This document shows, piece after piece, positions 26,499 to 33,565 of a stretch of 37,239 nt of DNA (within the stretch, counting starts at the first letter, position 1; every line of letters begins with the position of its first letter). This stretch comes from Candidatus Eiseniibacteriota bacterium (GTDB lineage: Bacteria > Chloroflexota > Dormibacteria > Dormibacterales > Dormibacteraceae). The DNA is taken from contig DASQAU010000009.1 of assembly GCA_035635595.1 (NCBI GenBank), positions 1 through 37,239 of the forward strand. Reading direction: 5' to 3'. A program made the position numbers and the translations under genes. The notes below the pieces were generated by a model. The model was not told the origin of the DNA, ran no database searches, and worked only from the letters and a program-made list of their open reading frames with translations.

Positions 26499-27830
26499 AT
26501 GAAGTCCAGGCGAGTGTCGATCGCTGCTGCCGTCGCGCTGGTCGTTGTGCTCTGCGGTCTCCCCGCGCCGGCAAGCGCAGAGCCCGCCGGCAATGCCGTA
26601 GCCGACTGGAATCTGATCGCGGTTAACACACTCATCGCGTTCCCTGGACCGGCGGGCGGAGCACCGCCTGCATCCCAGATCCACATGGCGATGACGCAAG
26701 GCGCTGTCTATGACGCACTCAACGCGATCACGCCGAAGCATCACCGACCTTATCTCCTCAAGAGGCGCTTCTCGGCGATGGCCTCGAAGGATGCGGCTGC
26801 CGCCACAGCGGCGTACCGAGTTCTCTCCAGCATCGTCTCGGGCGTACCGTCCACGATCGGGTTCCCGAACCGGGCCAGCTTGCAGCAGTCGCTTGACACG
26901 CAATACGCGGCCTCGCTCGCGTCGATGCCCGACTCCCCCTTCAAGGCGCAGGGGATCGCAGCGGGGAGCGCCGCTGCCGATGCGATGATCGCCGCCCGGC
27001 AAAACGACGGACGCTTCGGGCCGTCGCAATGGGTGCCCAACTCGGCTCCGGGGCATTGGCAGCCCTTGTTGAGGCCGGACGGAACGCAGATCCTCGATCC
27101 GACACCATGGGTCGGCGGTGTAAAGCCATTTCTGATGCAGAGCGCATCGCAGTTCCGCACCGCGGGACCGAACGCCCTCACCAGTGCTGCCTACGCGGCG
27201 GACGTCAACGAGGTTAAGGCGATCGGCTCGTTCAGCAGCACAAACCGTACGCTCGACCAGACGCACATCGCGATCTTCTGGCAGAGCAATCCCGTCGCCA
27301 CCTGGAACTCAGTCGCCCGGCACCTTCTCGACCTTTACGCGGTCGACCTCACCGACAGCGCCCGCCTGCTGGCGATGGAGAACCTGAGCGCGGCGGACGC
27401 CGCGATCAACACCTGGAACGACAAGTACTACTGGGACTTCTGGCGGCCCTGGACTGCGATCATCCGGGCGGCGGAGGACGGCAACCCGGCGACCGTGGCC
27501 GACCCGAGCTGGACGGCGCTGATCACGGCGCCGTACCCCGAGCATCCGTCCGGGCATCTCGGCCTCGACAGTTCGCACCTCCGGGTGCTGGGGATGTTCT
27601 TCGGCATCGACGTGGTCCCAGGTGGTTTCGGCGTCACAAGCGCGCAATTCCCCGGTGAGACCCGCCATTACGGGAGCTTCTCGCAGGCTATTGCAGAGAT
27701 CGTCGAGGCCCGCATCTGGGCCGGCCTTCACTTCCGGACCGCCGATTTGCAAGCGGTGATTCTCGGCACAAATGTCGCCGACTACATGGCCGACAACTAC
27801 TTCCAGCCAGTGGGCAGGGCGGCTGCTTAG
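26499..27830 (+). CDS. secreted PAP2-superfamily protein, vanadium-dependent haloperoxidase/acid-phosphatase-like
   Basis: Signal peptide MKSRRVSIAAAVALVVVLCGLPAPASA. PAP2/haloperoxidase motifs KYYWDFWRP, PEHPSGH, ARIWAGLHFRTAD. The start is moved to ATG 26499, preceded by gaaggagg. Confidence 0.75.
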   Translation: MKSRRVSIAAAVALVVVLCGLPAPASAEPAGNAVADWNLIAVNTLIAFPGPAGGAPPASQIHMAMTQGAVYDALNAITPKHHRPYLLKRRFSAMASKDAAAATAAYRVLSSIVSGVPSTIGFPNRASLQQSLDTQYAASLASMPDSPFKAQGIAAGSAAADAMIAARQNDGRFGPSQWVPNSAPGHWQPLLRPDGTQILDPTPWVGGVKPFLMQSASQFRTAGPNALTSAAYAADVNEVKAIGSFSSTNRTLDQTHIAIFWQSNPVATWNSVARHLLDLYAVDLTDSARLLAMENLSAADAAINTWNDKYYWDFWRPWTAIIRAAEDGNPATVADPSWTALITAPYPEHPSGHLGLDSSHLRVLGMFFGIDVVPGGFGVTSAQFPGETRHYGSFSQAIAEIVEARIWAGLHFRTADLQAVILGTNVADYMADNYFQPVGRAAA

Positions 27831-27839
27831 CGCAATGTG

Positions 27840-27869
27840 ACGAGGGCGGCGCGTTCACGCCGCCCTCGT
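27840..27869 (+). terminator. 12-bp GC-rich hairpin after the PAP2-like gene
   Basis: ACGAGGGCGGCG-cgttca-CGCCGCCCTCGT followed by gtcatttacta (weak U tract). Confidence 0.55.
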
Positions 27870-27877
27870 GTCATTTA

Positions 27878-27998
27878 CTAACCCGCTACGTTCTGGATCT
27901 TCCCGTACATGCCGTGGGCCTCGTCGTCGATGCCCGCGGCGAAGTACAGCGCGTCAACCGTACCGCCGTTCCCGCCGATGAACTCGCGACGAGCAGCG
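27878..27998 (-). pseudogene. possible 3' gene remnant abutting the tRNA
   Basis: The reverse frame reads ..EFIGGNGGTVDALYFAAGIDDEAHGMYGKIQNVAG* with normal composition. The frame has no start and runs into the tRNA gene. Family not recognised. Confidence 0.25.
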
Positions 27999-28074
27999 TG
28001 GTGCGCCTGGCAAGAATCGAACTTGCTGCCTCTTGCTCCGCAGGCAAGCGCTCTATCCGGTGAGCTACAGGCGC
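27999..28074 (-). tRNA. tRNA-Arg, anticodon GCG, CCA encoded
   Basis: Hand fold of the reverse complement: GCGCCTG-TA-GCTC-ACCGGATA-GAGC-G-CTTGC-CTGCGGA-GCAAG-AGGCA-GCAAG-TTCGATT-CTTGC-CAGCGC pattern (acceptor 3' strand CAGGCGC)-A-CCA. All four stems are fully paired, with U33 and purine 37 present. Confidence 0.9.
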
Positions 28075-28081
28075 AAGTGGT

Positions 28082-28714
28082 TCAGTTTAGGCGAGCATCG
28101 ATCGCGGCCGTCGCGGCTTTGAACGCGGCCGCGTCGAGGTTGCTGACCACCACCAGGGCGACAAAAACCGATTTGTGCCAGGACGCCAACCGGACGTTGG
28201 AACGGTCGTAGGTCCAGGAGCTGAGGCCAAGACCGGTATCGGTTCCACGGACGGCGCCCGGAAGAATTTCACCTGGGGCGGGTGGTACGAAACCGAACAC
28301 GCCGGATCCCCACGCGCGATCCGCCTGAGCAGAGTCGCCGAATATCGCGACAAAGCTGGTGACCGATTTGACGTTTGAGGTGGCGCCGAGCTCAGCGTTG
28401 CAAGCAGCCGGGCTTGCTGTGAAGAGCGAGATGGCTCCGGCGGTCGCACCACTCATCACCAGCTGCTGCCACTGTGTGCCGACCCGTGCGGCGAGCGCAG
28501 GGTCTGCCTGGGCGAGGCTCACGATGTACACATCGATAGGACCTGAGCCAAGGCACACCTTCAATCCGGACGGGATGTCCTCCGATTGCAGGATGGCCGT
28601 GGTCGGGGAATTAGATGGCGTCGGGCTGGGCGGTGTTGGGCTGAACACAGGATGCGTGCCGGACTGGCATGCAGCAAGCGCGCTCAGAGCGAGGATCGCG
28701 ATGAGCCGGTGCAC
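28082..28714 (-). CDS. lipoprotein of unknown function (paralogue of 23322..23966)
   Basis: Signal peptide with lipobox LAAC-Q, then a Pro/Ser/Thr linker. The mature domain aligns with the other lipoprotein. The stop is 7 nt upstream of the tRNA-Arg(GCG) 5' end. Confidence 0.65.
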   Translation of the reverse strand: MHRLIAILALSALAACQSGTHPVFSPTPPSPTPSNSPTTAILQSEDIPSGLKVCLGSGPIDVYIVSLAQADPALAARVGTQWQQLVMSGATAGAISLFTASPAACNAELGATSNVKSVTSFVAIFGDSAQADRAWGSGVFGFVPPAPGEILPGAVRGTDTGLGLSSWTYDRSNVRLASWHKSVFVALVVVSNLDAAAFKAATAAIDARLN

Positions 28715-28747
28715 GAAGCGCGCAGTTTAGACTGCAGAGGTCTTCGC

Positions 28748-28820
28748 GCGCCTGTAGCTCACCGGACAGAGCGTTCGGCTCCGGACCGAAAGGCAGCAGG
28801 TTCGATTCCTGCCAGGCGCA
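28748..28820 (+). tRNA. tRNA-Arg, anticodon CCG, CCA not encoded
   Basis: Hand fold: GCGCCTG-TA-GCTC-ACCGGACA-GAGC-G-TTCGG-CTCCGGA-CCGAA-AGGCA-GCAGG-TTCGATT-CCTGC-CAGGCGC-A, followed by ctc. Its acceptor stem and D-arm are nearly identical to those of the other tRNA-Arg. Confidence 0.9.
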
Positions 28821-28944
28821 CTCTTTCTGTTCGATCCGTCGCAAGTCATCACGTGCCGCAGCCTCTGTCGAGGTCTCGCATGGAATGAGCTCGAGAGCGG
28901 CAATGTGTGCGGGCCGGGCCGGCCCTCGGTGGTAGGGTCGGCAC

Positions 28945-29535
28945 GTGATCCGCGCGCACCTCGCGGCAGAGCTCCTCGTCGAGGGCGAGCGCTGGCCCGT
29001 GTTCGTCTGGACGATCGACCACCCGGCCGGGCTCGTGCTCGTCGACACCGGGATGATCGACTCGAGGCCCGAGGTCGACGATATGAGCCCGACGCCGCAC
29101 CCCGAGAACATCCCCCGCGACGTCTCCTGCGTGATCAACACCCACCTGCATTTCGACCACTGCGGCGGCAACCGCCTCTTCCCGGGCGTGCCGATCCACG
29201 TCCAGGCGCGCGAGCTCGCCGACGCGCGTTCGCTCAACGACTACACGATGCGTGAATGGGTCGACTTCGAGGGCGCGACGTATGTCGAGCACGTGGGCGA
29301 GGTGGAGCTGCTACCGGGAATCCGCCTGCTGCCGGCGCCGGGGCATACGGACGGGCACCAGGTGGTCGTCGTCGAGACCGACGCCGGCACAAACGTTCTC
29401 GGAGGCGACGTGGGCGTCTCGTTCCCCGAGCTCGGCAGCGGCACGACCGAGGGACAGCGTCGCGTGCTCGCGCTCGAAGCGCTTACGTGGCTCTCCCACG
29501 CGCCGGAGCCGAAGATCCCGGAACGTCGGCCGTAG
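28945..29535 (+). CDS. MBL-fold hydrolase, N-acyl-homoserine-lactonase-like
   Basis: INTHLHFDHCGGN (HxHxDH), PAPGHTDGH, LVDTGM near the N-terminus. The lactonase assignment is only by resemblance. Confidence 0.7.
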   Translation: MIRAHLAAELLVEGERWPVFVWTIDHPAGLVLVDTGMIDSRPEVDDMSPTPHPENIPRDVSCVINTHLHFDHCGGNRLFPGVPIHVQARELADARSLNDYTMREWVDFEGATYVEHVGEVELLPGIRLLPAPGHTDGHQVVVVETDAGTNVLGGDVGVSFPELGSGTTEGQRRVLALEALTWLSHAPEPKIPERRP

Positions 29536-29548
29536 GCCCCTGCAAGCG

Positions 29549-29604
29549 TTTCCGCGCGGAAAGGACCCACGTAAGCGCATCGACAGCAGGTTTCCGCGCG
29601 GAAA
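29549..29604. repeat. bipartite palindrome element: two perfect TTTCCGCGCGGAAA copies (29549-29562, 29591-29604), 42 nt start-to-start
   Basis: Read directly from the sequence. It lies between convergent stops 29535 and 29625. The flanks extend the pair into an inverted repeat (GCGTTTCCGCGCGGAAA ... TTTCCGCGCGGAAACGC). Confidence 0.8.
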
Positions 29605-29624
29605 CGCGAGGTCCCGCTGGTGGG

Positions 29625-30188
29625 TTAGTCCGGCAGCTTCCTGATCTCGTCGCCGGGCCGGACCGTGCCGGCCACGACGACTCGGCAGTTGGCGCCTCGT
29701 AGACGAAGCTCGCGCCCGATCGGTGAGTTCACGAATCTCAGTGCATCGACGCCGAAGCGCCCCGAGAATTTGGAGCACCCGGTGTGAGGCGCCTCGCTGA
29801 ACTCGATCACAGCTGTGCCGACCTGCACTCGGCTGCCGGCGGGCAGGTTGCCGCGGCTGATGTCGAAATCCACGTACAGCTGGTCACCGGCCAACGCCCA
29901 ACGTTCGCGATCACCTGCGATCGCGGCCGCCACCCGTGCGTTCATCACCGTGAGCTGCGACTCCAGGTTCGGGCTTCCGTCCGGCGTCCGGGTGCTTCCA
30001 CGAGCAATCCATGTATCGCCCACGAGGCCTACCTCGGAGTCGAGCACGGCTTCGGCGAGAATCTCCCGCTCATCCTCGGCCGGCCGCCGGGCGATCAGCT
30101 CGACCGTCCCGCGGTCCATGGGCGCCGTCCGGATGTGATCCAGGCTCTGCTCCAGGCGGGTTAGCTCCTCGGTCTGACCTAGCGGCAT
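29625..30188 (-). CDS. MOSC-domain protein
   Basis: GDQLYVDFDISRGNLPAGSRVQVGTAVIEFSEAPHTGCSKFSGRFG (conserved MOSC Cys region). The start is set at MPLGQTEEL (ATG 30188) to avoid overlap with the divergent gene. Confidence 0.75.
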   Translation of the reverse strand: MPLGQTEELTRLEQSLDHIRTAPMDRGTVELIARRPAEDEREILAEAVLDSEVGLVGDTWIARGSTRTPDGSPNLESQLTVMNARVAAAIAGDRERWALAGDQLYVDFDISRGNLPAGSRVQVGTAVIEFSEAPHTGCSKFSGRFGVDALRFVNSPIGRELRLRGANCRVVVAGTVRPGDEIRKLPD

Positions 30189-30227
30189 GCGGCTATTTTG
30201 CCGGGTCGCGATGGCTGGCATCATCAC

Positions 30228-30548
30228 TTGATCACGATCCAAGAGGTCCGACGACTCGCGATGGCGATGCCAGAGACCGTCGCACAACACCACTTTGGCA
30301 ACCCATCTTTCCGAGTTCATGGCCGGATCTTCGCCACAGTCCCGGATGCCGATCACCTGAACGTGATGATCGATGCCTTTGACGTTGAGGCGGTCGTGCG
30401 GGAGAATCCCGCGTTCTGCGAGGAGCTCTGGTGGGGCAAGAAGCTCAGCGGCGTCAGGGTGTCGCTGCAGCGTGCTGCCCCGAAAACGGTCGAAGCCCTA
30501 CTCGAGGCGGCATGGAGGCGCAAGGCGCCCAAACGCTTGCTTCGCTAG
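30228..30548 (+). CDS. MmcQ/YjbR-family protein
   Basis: (L)ITIQEVRRLAMAMPETVAQHHFGNPSFRVHGRIFATV matches the usual N-terminus of this family. The TTG at 30228 is preferred; the track's TTG at 30198 is also possible. Confidence 0.6.
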   Translation: MITIQEVRRLAMAMPETVAQHHFGNPSFRVHGRIFATVPDADHLNVMIDAFDVEAVVRENPAFCEELWWGKKLSGVRVSLQRAAPKTVEALLEAAWRRKAPKRLLR

Positions 30549-31243
30549 CGCGGCTTCTCGCCCAGGTACAGCGTCTGCTTGCCCATCAGCCACCAGGCGG
30601 GCGGAAACGAGAGATAGGCCCTCACCAGCAGCGGGTGCTGTGGCAGGCGGCTCTTGGTCGTGTAGGGCATGAAGCGCGTGATGACCTGCTTGGTCGTGAA
30701 CCCGGCCATCGTCGCGGCCTCGCCCAGGCTCTTTTCGGTCAGGGCCGTCTGGTGATCGATGAAGTCCCAGTAGGATCCGCCGATCAGCCGGATGTTCGGT
30801 TGCAGGATGAGCACTCGCCCGCCGGGCTTGAGCAGCGAAAACGTGACACGCAGCTGCTGCAGCACCGCCTCGGTCGACGGCAGGTGCTCGAGATAGTTGC
30901 TGAAGAACGCAAGGTCGAAGTGATCGTTCGGCATGACTTTCGCGAGATCCAGCCCGCTGGCGCGAATGAAATGGACGTCGATGGGCAGTGCAGCGCCAAC
31001 GTCGCGGATGTCCGTCGCCCATCGATCCGCGGCTCTGACGTTGCGGATGAAATAGCCCAGGTCGCACGCGATGTCGACGATGCGAGCGCCTGGTTCGATG
31101 TACCGCTGAAGGAAACGGCCGAGCTCGCGCCATATCGCTTCTTTGGCGGCCTGGTCGGTCTCGTCGAAGCGCTGCTCGTAGACCTCCTTCAGCACGATCT
31201 CGGGCACCTTGCCGGGGTCGTGTTCAGGGGTCGGGCCGGCCAT
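30545..31243 (-). CDS. class I SAM-dependent methyltransferase
   Basis: RIVDIACDLGYF (motif I-like), FFSNYLEHL, LLKPGGRVLI. Confidence 0.8.
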   Translation of the reverse strand: MAGPTPEHDPGKVPEIVLKEVYEQRFDETDQAAKEAIWRELGRFLQRYIEPGARIVDIACDLGYFIRNVRAADRWATDIRDVGAALPIDVHFIRASGLDLAKVMPNDHFDLAFFSNYLEHLPSTEAVLQQLRVTFSLLKPGGRVLILQPNIRLIGGSYWDFIDHQTALTEKSLGEAATMAGFTTKQVITRFMPYTTKSRLPQHPLLVRAYLSFPPAWWLMGKQTLYLGEKPR

Positions 31244-31278
31244 CGGTACGTGAACGATAGCGCCCGGGCTACGGGTCT

Positions 31279-32124
31279 CTATGAGCGATACACGACGTTC
31301 GCGCCGAAAGTCTCGAACCCAAGACCCTCGTACAGCTTCACCGCCCCTCGGTCAGCGGCGTCGAGGAAGGCGAAGTCACCGCCCGAAGTGAAATGTCGCG
31401 CCACCAGCTCCGAGGTGACGGTCGCGGCGACACCTCGCCGCCGCTTGTCCGCCCGAGTGACGATTCCGACGATTTCAGCCGCGCCCTTCAACGAATGCGA
31501 CACGCCGGTACCCGCCGGCTGGCCATCAAGCCAGGCCAGCAAGTAAACGCTGCGCGGTGACTCGAGCTGCTCCTGCAGCTGCTCCACCGAAGCAATCGGT
31601 CCATCGCTGTCCCCGCCGTTCGTCCAGCGGATTGTTTGAAACGCCTCCATATCGGCGGTCTTCGATTTGGTGGTCAGGCGGGTCACGGTCACGCCAGGCG
31701 CGGCGAACGGCTTGAACCTCTTGGGCCTTGAGGCCATCAACGGGTTGCGTTCGACGTGCTCGAGGCCGGAAGCCACCAACCAGCGTCCGACCTCTGGAAA
31801 GGCGACTTCGTCGTACTCGATCTGGAGCTTGTCGGCATGGTGCTCAAACATCGAACGCAAGGTGGCTACCGCCTCATTCGTCTCGCGCTCGAGCACCGGG
31901 CCCTCGACCATGGTCACCCACCGGCCTGGCTCCTCAGCGCGGGGAACCACAGCGCGGAACGGGCCAAGCGAAAGCAGCTCGGAGCCGGCCGGCCGAGCTT
32001 CGAGCGCGTCCCGCTGCCACGCCTGAAATCTCTTTGCGTCTTGATCGAGATCGGTGCTGGTCAACTGCTCCCAAGTCTGCGACAACGTAGGCTGGGACCG
32101 AGTGAGTGACAACGCGCTCGCCAT
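31279..32124 (-). CDS. GNAT-family N-acetyltransferase (two-lobed)
   Basis: C-terminal VGIVTRADKRRRGVAATVTSELVARH and AVKLYEGLGFE (acetyl-CoA-binding motif A). The start is uncertain because it overlaps the divergent gene. Confidence 0.75.
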   Translation of the reverse strand: MASALSLTRSQPTLSQTWEQLTSTDLDQDAKRFQAWQRDALEARPAGSELLSLGPFRAVVPRAEEPGRWVTMVEGPVLERETNEAVATLRSMFEHHADKLQIEYDEVAFPEVGRWLVASGLEHVERNPLMASRPKRFKPFAAPGVTVTRLTTKSKTADMEAFQTIRWTNGGDSDGPIASVEQLQEQLESPRSVYLLAWLDGQPAGTGVSHSLKGAAEIVGIVTRADKRRRGVAATVTSELVARHFTSGGDFAFLDAADRGAVKLYEGLGFETFGANVVYRS

Positions 32125-32818
32125 CGAGCTCTTCGAGGGCCTGCCGGCGCGCTACGACGCGCTGGCCGAGGTTCTGTCCTTCGGGCAGAACAGGCGATGG
32201 CGACGCGAGCTGGTGAGCCATCTCAGCCCGCACCGCCCGCAAACCATCCTCGACGTCGCCACCGGGACGGGCGGGGTCGCGATGGCGCTGGCTGCCGCAA
32301 CCGACGCTCGCATCACCGGGGTCGACATCAGCGACGCGATGCTCGAGCAAGGGCGCGCGCGGGTTCGAAAGGCGAACCTGGCGGGCCGCATCTCGCTCGT
32401 GCCGGCCCGCGCCGAGGCCCTTCCGTACACGTCGGAATCATTCGACGCGGTCAGCTTCACGTACCTGTTGCGCTACGTCGCCGACCCCGCCGCCACGGTC
32501 GCGGAGCTCGCTCGAGTGATCCGGCCCGGCGGGCACATGGCCAGTCTTGACTTCAACGTTCCACCCAACGCGGCCTGGCGCACCGCGTGGCGAGCCTACA
32601 CGCGCCTCGCGCTGCCTGTCGCCGGGTGGTTGCTTGGCGGCGGCGCGTGGTGGGATGTCGGCCGGTTTCTCGGACCGAACATCGAAGGCCACTTCCGGCG
32701 GTGGCCGCTGGATCGAATCGTCGACGCATGGAAGTCGGCCGGGATGGCGAAAGTCGAATGCAGGGCGATGAGCCTGGGCGGCGGGCTGGTGATGTGGGGT
32801 ACCAAGGCTGGTGACTGA
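32102..32818 (+). CDS. UbiE/MenG-family (demethylmenaquinone/ubiquinone) methyltransferase
   Basis: ARYDALAEVLSFGQNRRWRRE, ILDVATGTGGVA, VIRPGGHMASLDF. GTG 32102 is chosen over the track's 32054 by comparison with usual UbiE N-termini. Confidence 0.8.
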   Translation: MSDNALAIELFEGLPARYDALAEVLSFGQNRRWRRELVSHLSPHRPQTILDVATGTGGVAMALAAATDARITGVDISDAMLEQGRARVRKANLAGRISLVPARAEALPYTSESFDAVSFTYLLRYVADPAATVAELARVIRPGGHMASLDFNVPPNAAWRTAWRAYTRLALPVAGWLLGGGAWWDVGRFLGPNIEGHFRRWPLDRIVDAWKSAGMAKVECRAMSLGGGLVMWGTKAGD

Positions 32819-33545
32819 AGCGCTCGCGCCTGCGTACTACGCCGCGCGAACCACGGGATGGCGCAGGGACGTGTGGGCGCTGCTCCATCCGCCATACACG
32901 GCGTGGCATCTCTCCTACGTGCTCATCGGCGCGAGCCTCGCGCCGACGGTCAGCATCGTTCGCCTGGTCGCCACGCTCCTGGCTTTCTTCCTCGCGGTCG
33001 GCGTTTCGGCACATGCCCTCGACGAGCTGAGAGGACGCCCCCTGCAGACCAACATTCCAGCGGCTGTCTTGTGGATCGCCGCGTGCGTCGGTCTGCTCGG
33101 CGCAGTCGGCCTCGGGATCGCGGGTATTTTTGTGGTCGGCCCGTGGTTGGTTCTTTTCATCGCGCTTGGCATCTTTTTTGTCTTCGCCTACAACCTGGAA
33201 CTGCTGCGGGGGCGAGTCCACGGAGATTTCTGGTTCGCGCTGTCGTGGGGCGCGTTTCCGGTGCTCACCGCCTACTTCGCGCAGACCGGCCGCATTTCCG
33301 TGGCCGCGATCGTGGTGGCCGCAGCCGGCTACGCACTCTCATTTGCGCAGCGCATGTTGAGCACGCCGGCGCGGACGCTTCGCCGGAAGAGCAGATCGGT
33401 GTCGGGCGAGGTGATCCTGAGCGACGGTTCTCCGGTGCCGCTCGACAGGCCTACGTTGCTGCGGCCTCTCGAGCGAGCTTTGTCCTCTCTCTCGTGGGGC
33501 GTTGTGGCCCTCTCGTTGGGCTTGGTGGCCTCGCGATTTCTCTGA
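32811..33545 (+). CDS. integral membrane protein (about 7 TM), possibly prenyltransferase-related
   Basis: The hydrophobic periodicity is convincing in this frame, whereas the overlapping 32858 frame is Arg/Pro-rich junk. It overlaps the UbiE-like stop by 8 nt. The HALDELRGRP loop only loosely recalls UbiA motifs. Confidence 0.45.
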   Translation: MTEALAPAYYAARTTGWRRDVWALLHPPYTAWHLSYVLIGASLAPTVSIVRLVATLLAFFLAVGVSAHALDELRGRPLQTNIPAAVLWIAACVGLLGAVGLGIAGIFVVGPWLVLFIALGIFFVFAYNLELLRGRVHGDFWFALSWGAFPVLTAYFAQTGRISVAAIVVAAAGYALSFAQRMLSTPARTLRRKSRSVSGEVILSDGSPVPLDRPTLLRPLERALSSLSWGVVALSLGLVASRFL

Positions 33546-33550
33546 CCCCG

Positions 33551-33556
33551 TACGAT
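33551..33556 (+). promoter_or_regulatory. -10-like hexamer TACGAT, 9 nt upstream of the hemolysin-III ATG
   Basis: TACGAT-gcggctgtc-ATG. No SD is present. Confidence 0.35.
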
Positions 33557-33565
33557 GCGGCTGTC

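Larger units (their letters stand above)
25984..28074. mobile_element. putative tRNA-Arg-associated genomic islet or integration scar (no integrase present)
   Basis: An intact tRNA at one end and a directly repeated tRNA 3' fragment at the other, placed downstream of the tRNA 3' end as expected for attL/attR. The interior holds one cargo gene, a 461-nt non-coding stretch and gene or tRNA fragments. Confidence 0.45.

Noticed and set aside
32858-33565. 5' two-thirds of the 458-aa track ORF 32858..34234
   Set aside because: This part is Arg-rich junk that overlaps the convincing membrane-protein frame 32811..33545. Only the portion from ATG 33566 (hemolysin III) looks real.
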